A stretch of 64,000 nt of DNA from Cyanophora paradoxa CCMP329 (lineage: Eukaryota > Plantae > Glaucophyta): contig QPMI01000152.1 in the NCBI GenBank assembly GCA_004431415.1, positions 186,001 through 250,000 of the forward strand, in the 5' to 3' direction. This document shows positions 1 through 13,703 of this stretch, piece by piece. The notes under the pieces are model-generated. The model did not search any database. It was not told the origin of the DNA and was given only the letters and a program-made list of their open reading frames with translations. Position 1 is the first letter of the stretch. Each line of letters begins with the position of its first letter. A program made the translations under genes and the position numbers.

Positions 1-14
1 GGCGACGGCGAAAG

Positions 15-2402
15 ATGGAGGTCGAGCCAGCGCCGCCTCCGGCACCTCCTCCGGCAGCACAGGAGAGCTCGTCGCAGCCACAGGCGAACGGCAGCTCGTC
101 GCAGTCGAGGCCGCCGGACGGGGCGCAGGTTCGCGCTCGTCCTGTGCCCACGGCGCCCATCTGACCCCATCGAACGCAGCGGCACTCGAGCGACAAGGAC
201 AGGGAAGCACGCAAGCGGCATGAGGCCGAGCGCGAGCGGAGGAGGTCGGGCGAGAAGTCGGGGCGGCCGGTCAGCGCCTTCGCCGCGCTCGGCGCGATCC
301 CCGAAAGGACGCTGAGCCTCGCAACTCGCAAATGCTCGCAGAGCGATGAGCACAGGACATCATCCAGCTCGTCCCAGCCCGGCCGCACCTCGAGCGGCTC
401 CTCCTCCGCACGGCCTTCAGACGCAAACGACAAGTGCGCCCGTCCCCGGCCAGGGCGGAGCACGTTCGCGGGGCCGCGTCCGAGCCGCCGCCGCGCCGCG
501 CAGGTCGGGGTCGGAGTTCCTGTGCCGCCTGAAGTTCAAGAACACGCTCCCCGAGCTTCCGTTCGACCCAAAGTTCCGCGCCTTCCCGTGCGTCGCGCTC
601 CCGTGCCGCCCTTCGCCGCCGGCGGCGCCCCCGCTGACGGCGGCGGGGCGGCGGGCAGGTTCGACCCGATGCGGTTCGTGCGGTACGCGACGACGTCGCT
701 GGAGCGGCACTACAAGCACGAGATCCACGTGGAGCCGGACCTCGGCATCCCCATCGACCTCGTCGACCCCAGCCTCTACCGCGCCCCCGTCCCCAGTCCG
801 CCCCGCCCGCCCGCCCGCCCGCCCGCCCGCCCGCCCGCCGGCGCCCCGGCGCCCGCGCCCGAGCCGCGAGCCGCGCCGCAGAGCCCCCCTCGACCCCGCC
901 GATGCCGCCATCCTCTCCGCTGACGCCCCGGCCGCCGAGGCCGCCGCCGCCGGCCGCAAGGGCAAGCAGCGGCCCAACGTCAGCTGGTGCGCTGCGCGCC
1001 TTTTCCCCGCGCCGCGCACCCGCCCGGCGTGCCGTCGGGCCCCCCGGGAGCTCGCCCGGCGATAGGAAAGAGAAGCGGAAAGGAAGGAGGAGGAGGAGGA
1101 GGAGGGGGGGCGGGCTGACGCGCCGCGCCGCGGGCGCGCAGGCTCTACCGAAATGTGTACATGTCGAACGAGGGCGAGAGCAGCAAGCGCGCGAGCCGCC
1201 CCTCCGCCGACAAGTGCGCCGCTCTCGCCCGCCCCCGCGCCGCGCCGGCGCCCGGGCCGACGGGGCGACGGGGCGGGGCGGGCAGGGCGGTGGAGGTGGA
1301 GGCGGTGGTGACGCGGGAGAGCCAGATCCAGAACATCGAGAACACGTTCAACGCGGCGAAGCAGGCGCCGGTGCACCCGACGGACCGCACCCTCGTCCCA
1401 GAGGTCGTCGTCCCCATCTTCCCCGACCTCGAGCTCTGGCCCAACCAGTACGCCCACATCGTCTTCGACTCCGACCCGTGCGCCCCGCGCCCCGCGGCTC
1501 CCGCGGCTCCGCGCGCTGGGGCGAGCGGGCGTGGCGGGGCGGGGCAGGGTGGAGGAGGTGGCGGGGAAGGAGGAGGGCGGGGCGGTGGACCGCGAGGAGC
1601 TCTCCGCCGGCTCCTTCCTGAAGGCCTTCGTGGACCCCGAGGACCCGCGCCGCCAGAAGCGCTTCCTCGCCTACATGGCCCCCGCCGAGCGCCGCCGCAA
1701 GGCCATGCGCCGCGCCGACGGCTCCGCGCCCCCGGCCCAGCCCGACGAGCCGGCCCCCGACGCCCGCGAGGAGGTCCGCCCCGCGCTGCCCCCGCGCCCC
1801 GCGTCGCCGGCGCTGAGCGGGCCGCCGGGCGGGCTGCAGGAGCTGGAGTGGATCCGCGAGTACGACTACCGGCGGGAGGACCCGAGGGTGCGGGGCGTGG
1901 GAAGGGGGACGAGGGGCCCGGCTGACCGGGGGCCGGGGCGGGGGGCCAGGACAACTACCTGCTGGTGGTGCGGCCGGACGGGGCCGGGGGCGGCCCGACG
2001 GCCTTCTACAACCAGGTCAAGTCGAAGCTCATCCTCTCGCGCCGCAAGGCCTTCAAGACACGGGCGGCGGACGGGACGCCCGTGGCGCCGGCCTTCTCCC
2101 GCCCGAGCCGCATCACGGCGATCACGCGGGAGCTGAACCGGGAGGACCGCAAAGCGCGGAGCGAGCGGCTGCGGGAGCTCAACGAGGGCGGCGTCGCCAA
2201 CCCCGAGGAGGAGGAGGAGGAGGAGGCCGAGGCCGAGGCCGAGGGCGCCGAGGCCGGCGAGGAGGGCGCCGGGGCCGCCGAGGCGCGCGGCGACGCCTCC
2301 AGCGACGACGAGCGGCAGCCGCGCGGCTCGGCGCGCCAGCGCCGCGCCTCCGACAGCGACGGCGAGGCCGCCGCCGGCGACGCCAGCAGCGGCGAGGACT
2401 AG
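15..2402 (+). CDS. PAF1: RNA polymerase II-associated factor 1 (multi-exon)
   Basis: Spliced exons give SEFLCRLKFKNTLPELPFDPKF...RFVRYATTSLERHYKHEIHVEPDLGIPIDLVDP...QIQNIENTFNAAK...HPTDRTLVPEVVVPIFPDLELWPNQYAHIVFDSDP...WIREYDY, typical of Paf1; acidic C-terminus; ATG 15, TAG 2400-2402. Confidence 0.93.
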
Positions 2403-3223
2403 CGTGGCGGCCCTTGCGCAATTGCGGCATCCATACCCCCGCCCCCGCGACGGCTACGCATATCCTGTTGAATCTATTCGAAATCGCGGAAGGGCGTCAA
2501 CCCTCGGGCCTCGCGCCGCGGTGCGCGCTCGCTGAGTTGAGCTCGAGGCTGGCAATGGCAGGGCCCGTGGTTCAATTGCAATTGCATAGAAATACAAATA
2601 TTCAATGATTCACTGGGGGGCGTAGATCTGTTTCGGATTCGGTCGACGTCTACGTAAACTAGGCTATAAGCCACTGCGTTATAATTACTACCGCAGCACT
2701 ACTAATTAATTAAGCCGCTGAGCTCAGCCTGGCAGCGGCTTAAGCTACTTAATAATTTGACGATAAGCACACGTACTACGGTAACTCAGTAGTAAAACGT
2801 GCGTCGAAATTGTTGTCAATACGTATACTTAGATTGTTTCATAATGCGAATCAAAAAGATGAAATGAAGCTTGCTGCGGTTACTCAGTGACTGATTCGTC
2901 CGTGCACAGCTACAAAAGCAGGCCTAGGCCCAGTGTTAAGCTTCGTATGCAATTACGTATACTATGATACCTACTACAACAGCTGTTTAAGCTAGGCAAA
3001 GCTGAGGCATGACGCATGAATCGATGAAATCAAGTAAGCGGTGCAATCTACCTGCGACTAACTACCTCGACAGGGCGCGGGGACCTTCCTTTAAAACTTG
3101 GGGGGGAGTATACAACAGGCGGACCGAGCCTCTAAGCTCTAGCGCGGGAAAACTGGGCACGCGAGGATGCACTGTACACGGCCGGGAGGCGGGATCCGGA
3201 TGTCTCGGGCCTTGGGAACGCCG

Positions 3224-6103
3224 TCAGAGCCCCGGGAAGAGCGAGTGCGCGGGGGGCGGGGGGAAGGCGGGGGCTGAGGCGAGGCGGGGGAAGTTGGCGA
3301 AGGGGGGAGGCGCGGGGGGCGCCTCCGGTACAGCCGGCGGGGCCTGCCGTGCGTGTGGGACGAACGGGGGCCCGGGCCCCGCGGGGTAGCGCTCTGCGGG
3401 GGGCGGCGGCGGCGGCGCCGGCCCCAGGAAAGTAGGGGGGATGACGGGGGAGGGCCGCCGCGGGGCCCAGTCGGCGCTGCCGGGGCCGGGGGCCTCCCCC
3501 CGGGGGTCCCCCTCCGCGCTCCGCTTGCGCGAGGCGCCGGCGCCCTCCGGCGCGGCCGTTTTCGGGGCCGGGGCGGGCGAGTCGGGGGGAGGGCGCCGGC
3601 GGCGCCGGCAGCGGCGGCGGCGAGGCGGAGGGCGCGGGCGCGGCGCGTGTAGGCGTCGCGCTCCTCCTGCGGGGCGGCCCGCCAGAGCTCCCCAAGCCGC
3701 GTCGCCTTCTCCCGCGAGGACCACCTAACGGGCCCCGCTCCTCGGCGCCGCCCGGCGGGGCGGGCGGGCGGGGCGGGGGCCTACCCCGGGCACTGGGCGT
3801 CCACGCTGGGCCTGAGCTCCTTGCAGAAGAGAACGCTGCGGGGTCCGCGTCAGCGTCGCCGGCGCTCGCCATCCGGGGCGCGGCGCGGGGGTCACGCACT
3901 AGCCGTCTGCGGGGAGGCGGGGAGGCGGGGAGAAAGTTAGAGGACCGGAGGCACGAGGAGCAGCGTGTGGAAGGGGGACGCTTACTCGAAGGGGGCGCGC
4001 TGTTGCGCCTGGAAGAGGCGGGGCGGGGCGAGAGGGACGGGGCGGGGCGGGGCGGGGCGGGCGCGGGGGGCCGCACGGTGACGTCGGAGGGCATCGGGGC
4101 GCGGGGCGCGAGCTGCCGGGGCGGCAGCTGCGGGAGGGAGAGGACGGGGGGCTCCTCCGCGGGCGCGACCGCCGGCAGGGCGAGCCCCGCGGCGGGCTCG
4201 GGCCCGCCTTGGGCCCCACGCCGCCGCCGCCGCCGCCGCCGGCGCTGGCGCCCCGGGGCGGCGGGGTGACCTCCGCCGGCGACCGCGCAGCCGCCCCCGC
4301 GCCTCCTGCTCCTCGGCGTTGGGCCTGCGCGGCGTGAGGCCGGGCCCCGGCGGGCGGGGCGGGGTCGCACGCGTCGCGGGGCATGGGGAGGATGCCGGGG
4401 ACGCTGCTGGCGAAGCCGGCGCGCGCGCGCAGGCGGGACATCTGCGGGGCGGCTCGCCCCGAGAGAGAAGAGGGCGGGGCGGGGTGGGGCGGGGCGGGGC
4501 GGGGCGGGCCTCGGAGCCGAGGGAGAGGTGCTCGAGGTGGAGGGTCATGTCCAACGACGCCCGCGCCGCCTCCTCGTACTGCCCCCGCTCAGCCGGGAAG
4601 GGCGGGGGATTGGCGGGGGTACGCGCACGCGCGGGTGGCTCTCTGGGCGCAGGATGCCGGGGAGGAGCGGGCGCATCGTGTGCTCCCCCCCGGGGGGCAC
4701 TAACGCGCCGGGGCGGACGGCGCCTCCATCGCCGCCGCTGCTGCCGGGCCTTGGGCCCCTCGGGCCAGGAACGGGTGCGGGTGGGGGGGACCCCCCCTCG
4801 GGCCGCGGAACGCCCATGAGGCCGTGGAAGAGTTCTTCGAAGGAGGGGCCGAGAGGCGCCCCGCCCGCCGCCTCCCCCGCCGCCCGGCTCGCTGCGAGTA
4901 GAAGCGGGGCCGAGATCAGCCGGGCGAGGCCGCCGGGGCCGGGGCCGGGGCCGGGGCCGGGGCGGCGGGGCGGGCGGACCGAGGAAGCGGGTGGCGCGGA
5001 GGGCGACGACGGCGATGAATCTGGCGACGAGGCGGCGGTTGACCCACGCCGGCAGGAAGTGGCTCACCAGCCGCTCCGCCGCGTAGACCAGCGTCACCCT
5101 GCCCGCCCCCTCAGCGAGGCGGCCCCCCGGTGGCGGGTGGCGGGGGGCGGGGGGCGGGGGCGCGCCGGGAGCCGCCGGCAGGGGCCGGGGCGATGGAGAG
5201 GGCGGCGAGGGCGGTGTGCACGTCGGGCCCGTCGGCGAGGGTCCAGCCGCGGGCCCCCGTGGCTCCCGGGACGCGGCGGACGGGGAGCTTGAGGCCGAGG
5301 ACGCGGCCGGGGAGCCTGCGGCAGACGACGGCGAAGACGCTCTCCACGCTGAACCCGAAGAAGGAGCTGACGGAGCGGACGACGAGGAGGCGGTCTAGCA
5401 TCCCCTCCGCCCCCGCGATCGCCTCCAGCTGCTCCTCCACCCGCAGCGCCGGGCTCAGCGCCCGCGTCGGGTTCCGCGCCAGCAACGCCATCGCCGCGAA
5501 CCCGGGGGCGCAGTCCAGCAGGTCCAGCTCCGCCCTGAACGCCGTCCGCCCCGCGTGCTCCCTGCCCCGGCGACGTCAGGCCCCTGTCCTGGGCGCATCT
5601 CTGCTCGGCCACAGGGCCCCCACACCTCGTGTGGATGGTTATCGTGTCATAAGCTGCGGCGGGGTTTGATCGGAGGCTGCAGTGGCGGGAGCGACTGCGG
5701 GATGGCGCACTGAGCGCTTCTCTCCATGCGCTGCTCCTGTCGCGCATGAGGGATTCGCACTCCACCAGCAACTGCGCGACGAGCGTTGGGCAGCGTGGAG
5801 ACCCTTCTGCGTGTTGCCACACGTACCGGCTCGATCTCTGCTGCGACCCCAACCGGCGGATTCGGCCACGGCGGCGGGGGTGCTCCGGAGGATCTTGCAG
5901 CACTCCCATGCTGCGGAAGGCGCATCGCTTCGGGAGGCATCATCCTCGCGCCGCTGGGGGCCGGGCGGGGCTGGCGCCGGCGCCGGCGGTTGCCGCCAGG
6001 AACCCGTGGACCTTAGCTACGGCGAACTCGCCGTTGAGTCATGCGCTGAACGCGTCTACGGGCTCTCTGCTTGCCGGGGCAAGACGCGGAACACCATCGC
6101 CAT
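3224..6103 (-). CDS. Hypothetical multi-exon protein with a possible START/SRPBCC-like domain and Pro-rich C-terminus; 5' end unresolved
   Basis: Exons joined at GT-AG sites give AFRAELDL...VEEQLEAI...LLVVRSVSSFFGFSVESVFAVVCRRL...VTLVYAAERLVSHFLPAWVNRRLV; the last part resembles the START C-terminal 'LPxW' strand-helix. No clean start codon found. Confidence 0.45.
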
Positions 6104-6618
6104 AGCTACGTATACAGCGGTGCTAGCGCTCGACGCTTGATGTTAGGGCCCGGTTGGCCAGCTTCCCAATTTTCTGTCCAGGTTGAAGCCTTGAAGGGCC
6201 ATTCAGGTGCTCAGTGCTCACACTATTTGCAGCGTGCACGTGAACGCGAAGGCGATCGAGCTCCCGAGAAGTTCGCAGGCTCCGGGTGCATGATGCCCTA
6301 TTATATTGCGAATGCAGAGGCTAGGTGACCGAACGGGCTGTTGACCCTTCGCGATCAAGCCCTGCGGCCCGCTCTGCCCGACCGCGCGAGGCTATCCACA
6401 GATGCGCATGCAGATCTAGCTCGCCAGGCCGGCGCCAGGAGCGCGCTGTTGGAGGGGGTAAAGGATTGCAAGGAGGACCCGGGTACGCATTGTTCGGGCT
6501 TTGAAAAAAGTTCGTTGCACAGAGCTTGGTTAGCGTCGCCAGCGGAGCGGCGGAGCGACCTTGAGTAGGCCCGGAGCAGTCCGAGCGTCCGTTGCTGGCG
6601 CTCTCTCCGGCGGCAGCA

Positions 6619-9600
6619 ATGTTCATAGAGAAGATCGTCCTAGACGGTTTCAAGTCCTATGCCACGCATACAGAGATCGTAGGCTTCGACCCGCACTTCA
6701 ATGCCATCACCGGTAGGCGGCAAGGCGGCCCCCAGTCCGGTGTCGGCTGAGCGCTCGGCGCAGGCCTGAACGGTAGCGGGAAGTCAAACATCCTCGACGC
6801 CGTTTGCTTCGTGCTCGGCATCACAAACCTGCAGCAAGTGAGTCTAATTGGCATCTTAAGCTAGATCAACGCTCGCCCGGCGCCCGCTGACTTGTTCGCT
6901 CTCAAGGTCCGCGCGGGTAACCTGCAGGAGCTTATCTACAAGCAAGGCCAGGCAGGTGTCAACAAAGCTAGCGTTTCCATCGAATTCAACAACCAGGATA
7001 AGCGCGGCAGCCCCATCGGCTTTGAGGGGGATGACAAGATCACCGTTACGCGCGTGGTGCGTTATCTGCCCCGCGACCTGCGACAGGGCTGACGGAGTGC
7101 GGCCTAGATCGCGCTCTCCGGCGGGAAGGTGACAGGGAAATACTTCATCAATGGCCGTCTGGCGCAGCAGAACTCTGTTCAGAACTTGTTCCAGTCGGTT
7201 CAGCTGAACGTGAACAACCCGCACTTCCTCATCATGCAGGGTCGGATCACGAAGGTACTGAACATGAAGCCTCCTGAGATTCTCGGCATGGTCGAGGAGG
7301 CAGCTGGCACGAGAATGTTCGAGGCCAAGAAGGAAGCGGCCGCAAAGACTATGGAGAAGAAGGAAAAGAAGATTGAGGAAATCAACAAGGTGATGCCGCT
7401 TGCTCTTATGTTTGGATTTCCGCATGGGTGAACCGCGCTCGACAGATTCTCTCTGAAGATATTACGCCAACTTTGGAGCGGCTTCGAAAGGAGCGGCAGG
7501 AATATATGCAGTGGTCGCAGAATACTCAGGAACTTGAGCGGCTTGAGCGTTTCTGCACTGCATTCAATTTTGTTAAGGCCCAGGTAATGAAAAATCTCTT
7601 AGCAATCTTTAGAAGAACGTTCTGCTCACATTGAATTACAGGAACTGCTGGAGAAATTCAAGCTGGATGTGATGCAACTGCAGGAGCAGGAGGCGAAACT
7701 GCAGGAGGAGCAGAAGCAGATCACCGAGACCATCAAGGCGCTTGATGCTCAGATTAAAGAGCTGATGAGCAGCCAGTCTGATGTGAGGAACAAAAAAAAT
7801 GACCGTACGACTACCACTGACAATTCTCCTCTGCAGGATGGTGATGAGTCGCTTAAGGAGCTCGAAGAATCTTCAACAAAGCTCTCGAAGGAGGTCGTCC
7901 TGTTGGAGTCTCAGCTGAAGAACAAGAAGGACAACCTTAAGAACGAGGAAAAGAATGCGGGCAAGATTGAGAAGCAACTTGCTGAGGTAGGGCATTTCAT
8001 ACCTCGATAATCTCCAGCCTGACGGGTTCCGCCAGCTTGAGAAGCTGGAGAAGCAGAAGGCGGCTGAATTGGAGAAGGCAGCGAAGCAGCAGGCCGAGTT
8101 CGAAGAGAAGTGCAAGGCCCTGCAGAGCGAGGTTGAGGAGCTCCAGATGCAGTTCCAGGCAGCATCGGCTGGGATTGCTGTGGCAGTTGGTGAGAAGTCG
8201 CTCCCTGACCAGCTGGCGGGTATGCACAAAATTCAGGAGTGATCTCGGTGATGCTGTCATGTTCACACGGATCTTGCAGAGGCAAAGAAGGCGGCTCTGG
8301 ACTTGGAGACGGGGACCAAGCAGACAGAAATGCATCTAGCCCTCCTGAAGGACCAGCTGAAGGAAAAGATGACCCTCAAGCAGGCTGCAGAGAAGGACGT
8401 CGCTCAGATGTCTGGCTCAAAAGCATCTCTCCAGAGTGACCTGGAGAAGCTTGAGGTACGCGGAAAGCAGCAGCCATGCGCGTTTCATCTCTGACTTTCA
8501 TTCTGCAGAGCAACCTTGCCAAGATTGGGTTTGATGAGAACTCCTTGAATGCCCTCAGAAAGGAGAAGGCCACCCAAGAGGAGAAGGTCGCCCAGTTGAG
8601 GGAGGTGCGAAGAGATTTTTCAGAGATTTGTCATTGGTTCATTGAGTGTGTTTCTGATGCTGTCTCTTAGGCGGCGGGTGCCCTGTCGGCCCAGCTTGGC
8701 GACATGGACTTCCAGTATCAGGATCCGGAGAATGGCTTCAACAGAGCCCGGGTGAAGGGCATCATTGCCAACCTTGTGGAGGTCAAGAATCCCATTCACA
8801 GCGTTGCTCTGGAGGTCGCTGCTGGTAGCCGACTCTTCCAGGTCCGCTCTCTGCCGTCCTGTTTCTGGGACAGGCGCTGAAAAGTCTCCTGCTTCCAGGT
8901 GGTTGTTGACACTGAGACGACTGGCAAGCTGCTTCTCGAGAAGGGTCAGATCAAGAAGCGCGTGACAATCATCCCCCTCAACAAGATTGATTCACGGACC
9001 ATCTCTGACAAGGTATCTTTGAATGAGAAGCGATAGTCATTGTCGTGTGGCTGATGCATCTAGTAGGCTCTCCGTGCTGCAGAGAACACAGTTGGTGCTG
9101 ACCGAGTCAACGTGGCCTTGTCCCTGGTTGGATACGACAGTGAAGTCAAAGCCGCCATGCAGTACGTTTTTGGCAACACGCTTGTGTGCAAAGGTCCGCT
9201 TCTGTATCGGCCTGCATGTTCCGCCAGGTCTTAACAAACATGCAGATTCGGATGCTGCCCAGAAGGTTACATTCAATCGTGAGGTGAACACTGTTTCGGT
9301 CACTCTTGAAGGCGACAGGTTCGACCCTGCTGGCACCTTGACTGGTTCGAGGGCTTCTTTCCTTGCCCTCTTCGAGACGTTTCTAACGCAATTGCAGGTG
9401 GATCACGTGGCTCCAATGGCAACGTTCTGGGCCGGCTAGTTGAACTCAACTCGAAGCGCGAGGAGCTGAGGCAGGCAGAGGCTGCGCTGCAGAAGACATC
9501 ACAGCTCATTCAAGAGGCGGAGAAGAAGCTCAAGGTCTTCCAGCAGGCCAGCCGTGAGCGTGACTTGAAGAAAAGGGAACTTGAACTTGTCCATGAGCGT

Positions 9601-11459
9601 ATTGCCAGCAGCTCCCCGCAGCAGGTCAGTCAACTGCACATTTGTTTGTCGTGAAGCATCGCAGCACTAACATATTTCCGGAAGATTTTGGACCAGATCC
9701 AATCGCTGGAGAGCCAATCGGCTGCAGATGCAGAGAGACTCAAGGAGTATGCCGTCGAGAAGAAGAAGCTTGCCGAGAAGATAGCCAAACTTGAGCGAGA
9801 AATCACCGATTTCCACTCGAGCAGGGAAGATCATGTGAAGCGCCTGGAGGTGAAAATCTATTGAAAGTCATGTAGTCCGTTCACAGCTAACATTTGGCTG
9901 TCGATACAGAACTTGGTCAAGACCACAAAGCAAAAACTGGTCGGTGCTGTCAAATCATCGAAAGATCACGATCTTCTTGTGGAAAGGATCACTGCTGAGC
10001 GTGGTCTGAACTGCTCTTTGGTCTTGCTATACTGTTCCATGCCCCGATGGTTATTCTTTGCACTCCTTTAGATGATCTGCAGAAGGAGCGGGAGAGCCTG
10101 TTTGAACAGCAGCAAGCGTCAACATCTGCATCAGCGCAACTGTCGTCAGCTCTGCGGGATGCAGAGAGTGTGCTCGAGCAGAAAAAGGTGACTTTGGTGG
10201 ATTGTATGGAAAGTACCCGCTCACTGCAATTTCGTTTGCAGAAAGAGCACCAGGAAGCGAGCTCAAGCCTTGAGAAGGCCAAGGCCCGTGTTGCTGAGCG
10301 GAACAAGGAAATTGCCCAGCACAAGAAGGAGCAGGACAGCCTGAAGCGCAAATTGGCAGACCATGACATCGAGCTGAAGAAGATGGGGGTGAAGCGTAAC
10401 GAGACACAGACTCACTGTGACAATGTCGTATCACGGATAGAAGACATGCAGAAGGAACATCCATGGATTGACACGGACAGGCAGTGCGTATGATCTTTTC
10501 GTGATTTCTACCACTGTCTCTCACCACAAGGGCAGTTTGTTCGGGAAGCCACACACTGACTTCGATTTCGCGGCAAAGAACCCAGCCCAGCAGCAGCAGA
10601 GGCTCAAGAATCTGCAAGAGGAGAACACAAAGCTGAGCCGGAAAGTGAACAAGCGCGCCATGGTTGGTCGTTTTTCTTGGCCTCGATGGTTGCACGGCTG
10701 CTGACTCGGTTGATGCAGGGCATGTTCGAAAAGTAAACAGCTCATCAACAATCATGTCCATCGCATCTCGCAAACTAAGAGCGCTCACAGGTCTGAGGCC
10801 GAGTACCACGACTTGATTTCCAAGAAGCAAATAATTGAGAATGATAAGAAGAAAATCCAGTCGGTTATCAAGGAACTCGAAGTGAAGAAGAAGGAGGCTC
10901 TTCGTGCAACCTGGGTGAAAGTCAACAAGTGCGACTCCAGCCTCGATCATTTTCCAAGCCAGTGTCTAATCTTTCCCAGGGATTTCGGGTCAATCTTCTC
11001 GACCTTGCTGCCTGGAACAGATGCAAAGCTGGACCCCGTTGAGGACAAGGGCAACCTCATCGGCCTGGAAGTTCGGGTGGCGTTTGGCGGAGTGTGGAAG
11101 GAGAGCCTCACCGAGCTCAGTGGTGGCCAGCGGTTCGTTACTGGTGTTGCTGCGACAGCAATCATGACACTGACTCTCAAAGAAACAGTTCACTTCTGGC
11201 TCTGTCTCTCATTCTTGCCATGCTCCTCTTCAAACCTGCCCCAATGTACATTCTGGATGAAGTGGATGCAGCCCTGGATCTGTCCCACACGCAGAACATT
11301 GGACAGATGATCAAGTCGCACTTCACCCACTCACAGTTCCTCGTCGTCTCCCTGAAGGAAGGCATGTTCAACAACGCTAACGTGATCTTCCGGACGAAGT
11401 TCGTGGATGGTGTCTCGACTGTCACGCGCACGGTTCCTTCCGTTCGGAGAGGCGCCTAG
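6619..11459 (+). CDS. SMC2: Structural maintenance of chromosomes protein 2 (condensin)
   Basis: [15 protein letters not shown]...[58 protein letters not shown], hinge region, [51 protein letters not shown]; more than 20 short introns. Confidence 0.98.
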
Positions 11460-11663
11460 CTAGAGCTCCGGACTCCTTTCTGTCCTCCCATGTACATACA
11501 TATATGCCAGCTTTTTGGTGGGCTGGGCCCGCGGCACGTTGCCACAGTGTACATCTACACTTACAGTCCGGACGATGCCAAGCTTTCCACAAGGGCTTGC
11601 ACTCGATATCTTGCATTAATAACCTGTACAATGCTACACGCAGAAGAGTTGCCCTCGACTAGG

Positions 11664-12159
11664 TCAGCGCTTGCTGACCTTCACTTCGATGGCTTTCTTT
11701 CCTACGATCTCCGGTACATCGTTGAGGGACAGCGGGTCGGGCAGCTCCTTCCCGTTGAGTGTTAGCTTCTGCGCTGGCGATGTGAGCGCGCAAGGCCGGC
11801 ACGACGTCGACGCCCACGAGTGCACAGCGCGGATCGGAACTGACCTGCTCGCCGTAGGGGATATCGTGCTTGGTCTGCACCGCCACCTTCAGCATCTCAA
11901 TCGGTTGACCCGCCTTGAACTGCGAGCGGGCACTGCCTGTCAGCATGGTCTCGAGCAGCCTTAGCTGGCGCTAACCGTCTGCGAGGATTTTGATCCATCT
12001 GGCAGGACGAAGGTGACCTGCGGCGAGCGCGGCGCTCAAGCATGGCACTTCGACGCGCCTCGTGTCGCGGCGATGCACCTCGATGGCGGCCTCTGCGGCC
12101 TCGAGCGCTGCAAGCTCGTCGAGGGTGCCCGTGGGCAGAGCTTTCAACTTTAGGGCCAT
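11664..12159 (-). CDS. Small ubiquitin-like-fold protein (4 exons)
   Basis: Spliced: MALKLKALPTGTLDELAALEAAEAAIE|VTFVLPDGSKSSQT|FKAGQPIEMLKVAVQTKHDIPYGEQ|KLTLNGKELPDPLSLNDVPEIVGKKAIEVKVSKR*; beta-grasp pattern (LK..IP..Q.L..GK.L.D..SL.D). Confidence 0.75.
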
Positions 12160-13019
12160 CTCTCTATAGATAGAAGCTAGCTACGCTGCCTGATGCGGCT
12201 CTTGTGCGATGGGTCCGTGCGGGAGGGTACGTTGATTGGGAAACACACGACCACATTCGACGAGCCTTCAGCAATGTGTAGTATCATGCATATGCTGCAG
12301 CTAGGAAGCTCCTTTAGACAATTCATTCAAAAATATAAGGCCTGCCAGGTCTGCCAGGCTGGAATCAAAATTGCACATGCATGCACAAATGCATGCACGT
12401 GCGCACAGCAGTGTGCACATGCATCAATTTTGCAAAGCTTTAAGCCCTGTGGCGTATCAGAGAGTCAAAGCTTTAAGCTGCAAATTTTCCGGGGAAAGGG
12501 AACGGGAAATTAAGGGAAGGGAAAATAAAGTCGCCAGTCCGACGGTCACCCAGGTCACATGTATACGTACACCCGTACCGGTACCGGGTTGAAGAAAAGT
12601 TGCACTCGGAGCCGCGAGGCTCAGTGACTCAGTGATTGCATGTACCGTAGTACATGTAAGCTCATGACTCAGTGACTGAAAAATCTGGAGTTCACCGTGG
12701 CACTGCATTTCAGAGTTCAAGCCTTGAAGCTTGCGTCAAAGATGGCATATGCATGCGACCTAGCACATTATTGTAGTAATCTTAGATCAGCCTTGTGTGG
12801 CTGTGTCTTCAATTGTCTGAGGGTCAGCAGTGCATCGCTGTTGTTGAAAGAAACTTGAAAGATTCCGACTATTAATCCAATTCAGTCGATGTCAAAAGAT
12901 GATCATGAGCCTCACTGACTCAGTGAGTCAGGGCCTACGGGACAGATCCAGAGCCTCTCTGAGAGCCGAACTTCGGAAGCAGAACTGAGCTACTTCCCGG
13001 GTCCTAGGCTAGTATCACG

Positions 13020-13690
13020 GTATAACCCCCATGCATACTGCTGTCAATGTTTTGGAGCGTTGGTGCAAACCGGGGGTAATTCCTATTTCCGCTTCTTCTT
13101 CCGATCCGGTCTGGGGGGATGTTGACCGGGGCGAAGATAAAGCTCCAGGGGGGAGGGGTCTCCTGCGACACATCTCCCGCGTGAGGTCTTGGATTCTGGC
13201 CTCGGCCTCCTGGACGCGCTGCTTGCGCTCCTCCTCTCGCTTCGGGGCGCGTTGCTTGCGCTCCTCCTCTCGCTTCTCCTCTCGCTTCCCCCTCCACTCG
13301 CGCTCCCCCTCGCACTGGCCCGCCAGCTGATTATCCAGCTCCAGCCTGGCAGTTGCAGCTCAGCCGGCCCCAGCTCCAATGCATGCCTCAGGCGCGTCAG
13401 GCGCTCCGCGTTGATGAACTCCATACCAGGGGGGAAGCGCTGCACTCGTAGAAGACGAAGAGAGAAGTGAACACGGGCTGGGTGGCGAAGAACGACAGCG
13501 GCAGCGTGGCGAGGAAGGCGGTCAGAAACGCGAGCACATGGCCCAGCACCCTCAGCTCTGCGCTGCGCGCGGCGGTTCATCGTCATCGTCGCTTGTGAGC
13601 TCCGCGCACGCGCACGCGCACGCGCGCGCACCACTCATCGCGCTGCAGGGCCTCCGGATCGTCCCACAGCTCCCAGCAGCCCCTCCTCCA
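13020..13690 (-). pseudogene. Degenerate paralogue of the intron-containing endonuclease gene, with E/K/R-rich coiled-coil tail
   Basis: ELWDDPEALQRDE-[intron 13563-13631]-CAELRVLGHVLAFLTAFLATLPLSFF aligns with the gene at 14538-15361; frame shifts follow and the RPD/VDE..H motifs are absent. Confidence 0.65.
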
Positions 13691-13703
13691 TGGCCCAGCA
13701 CCC

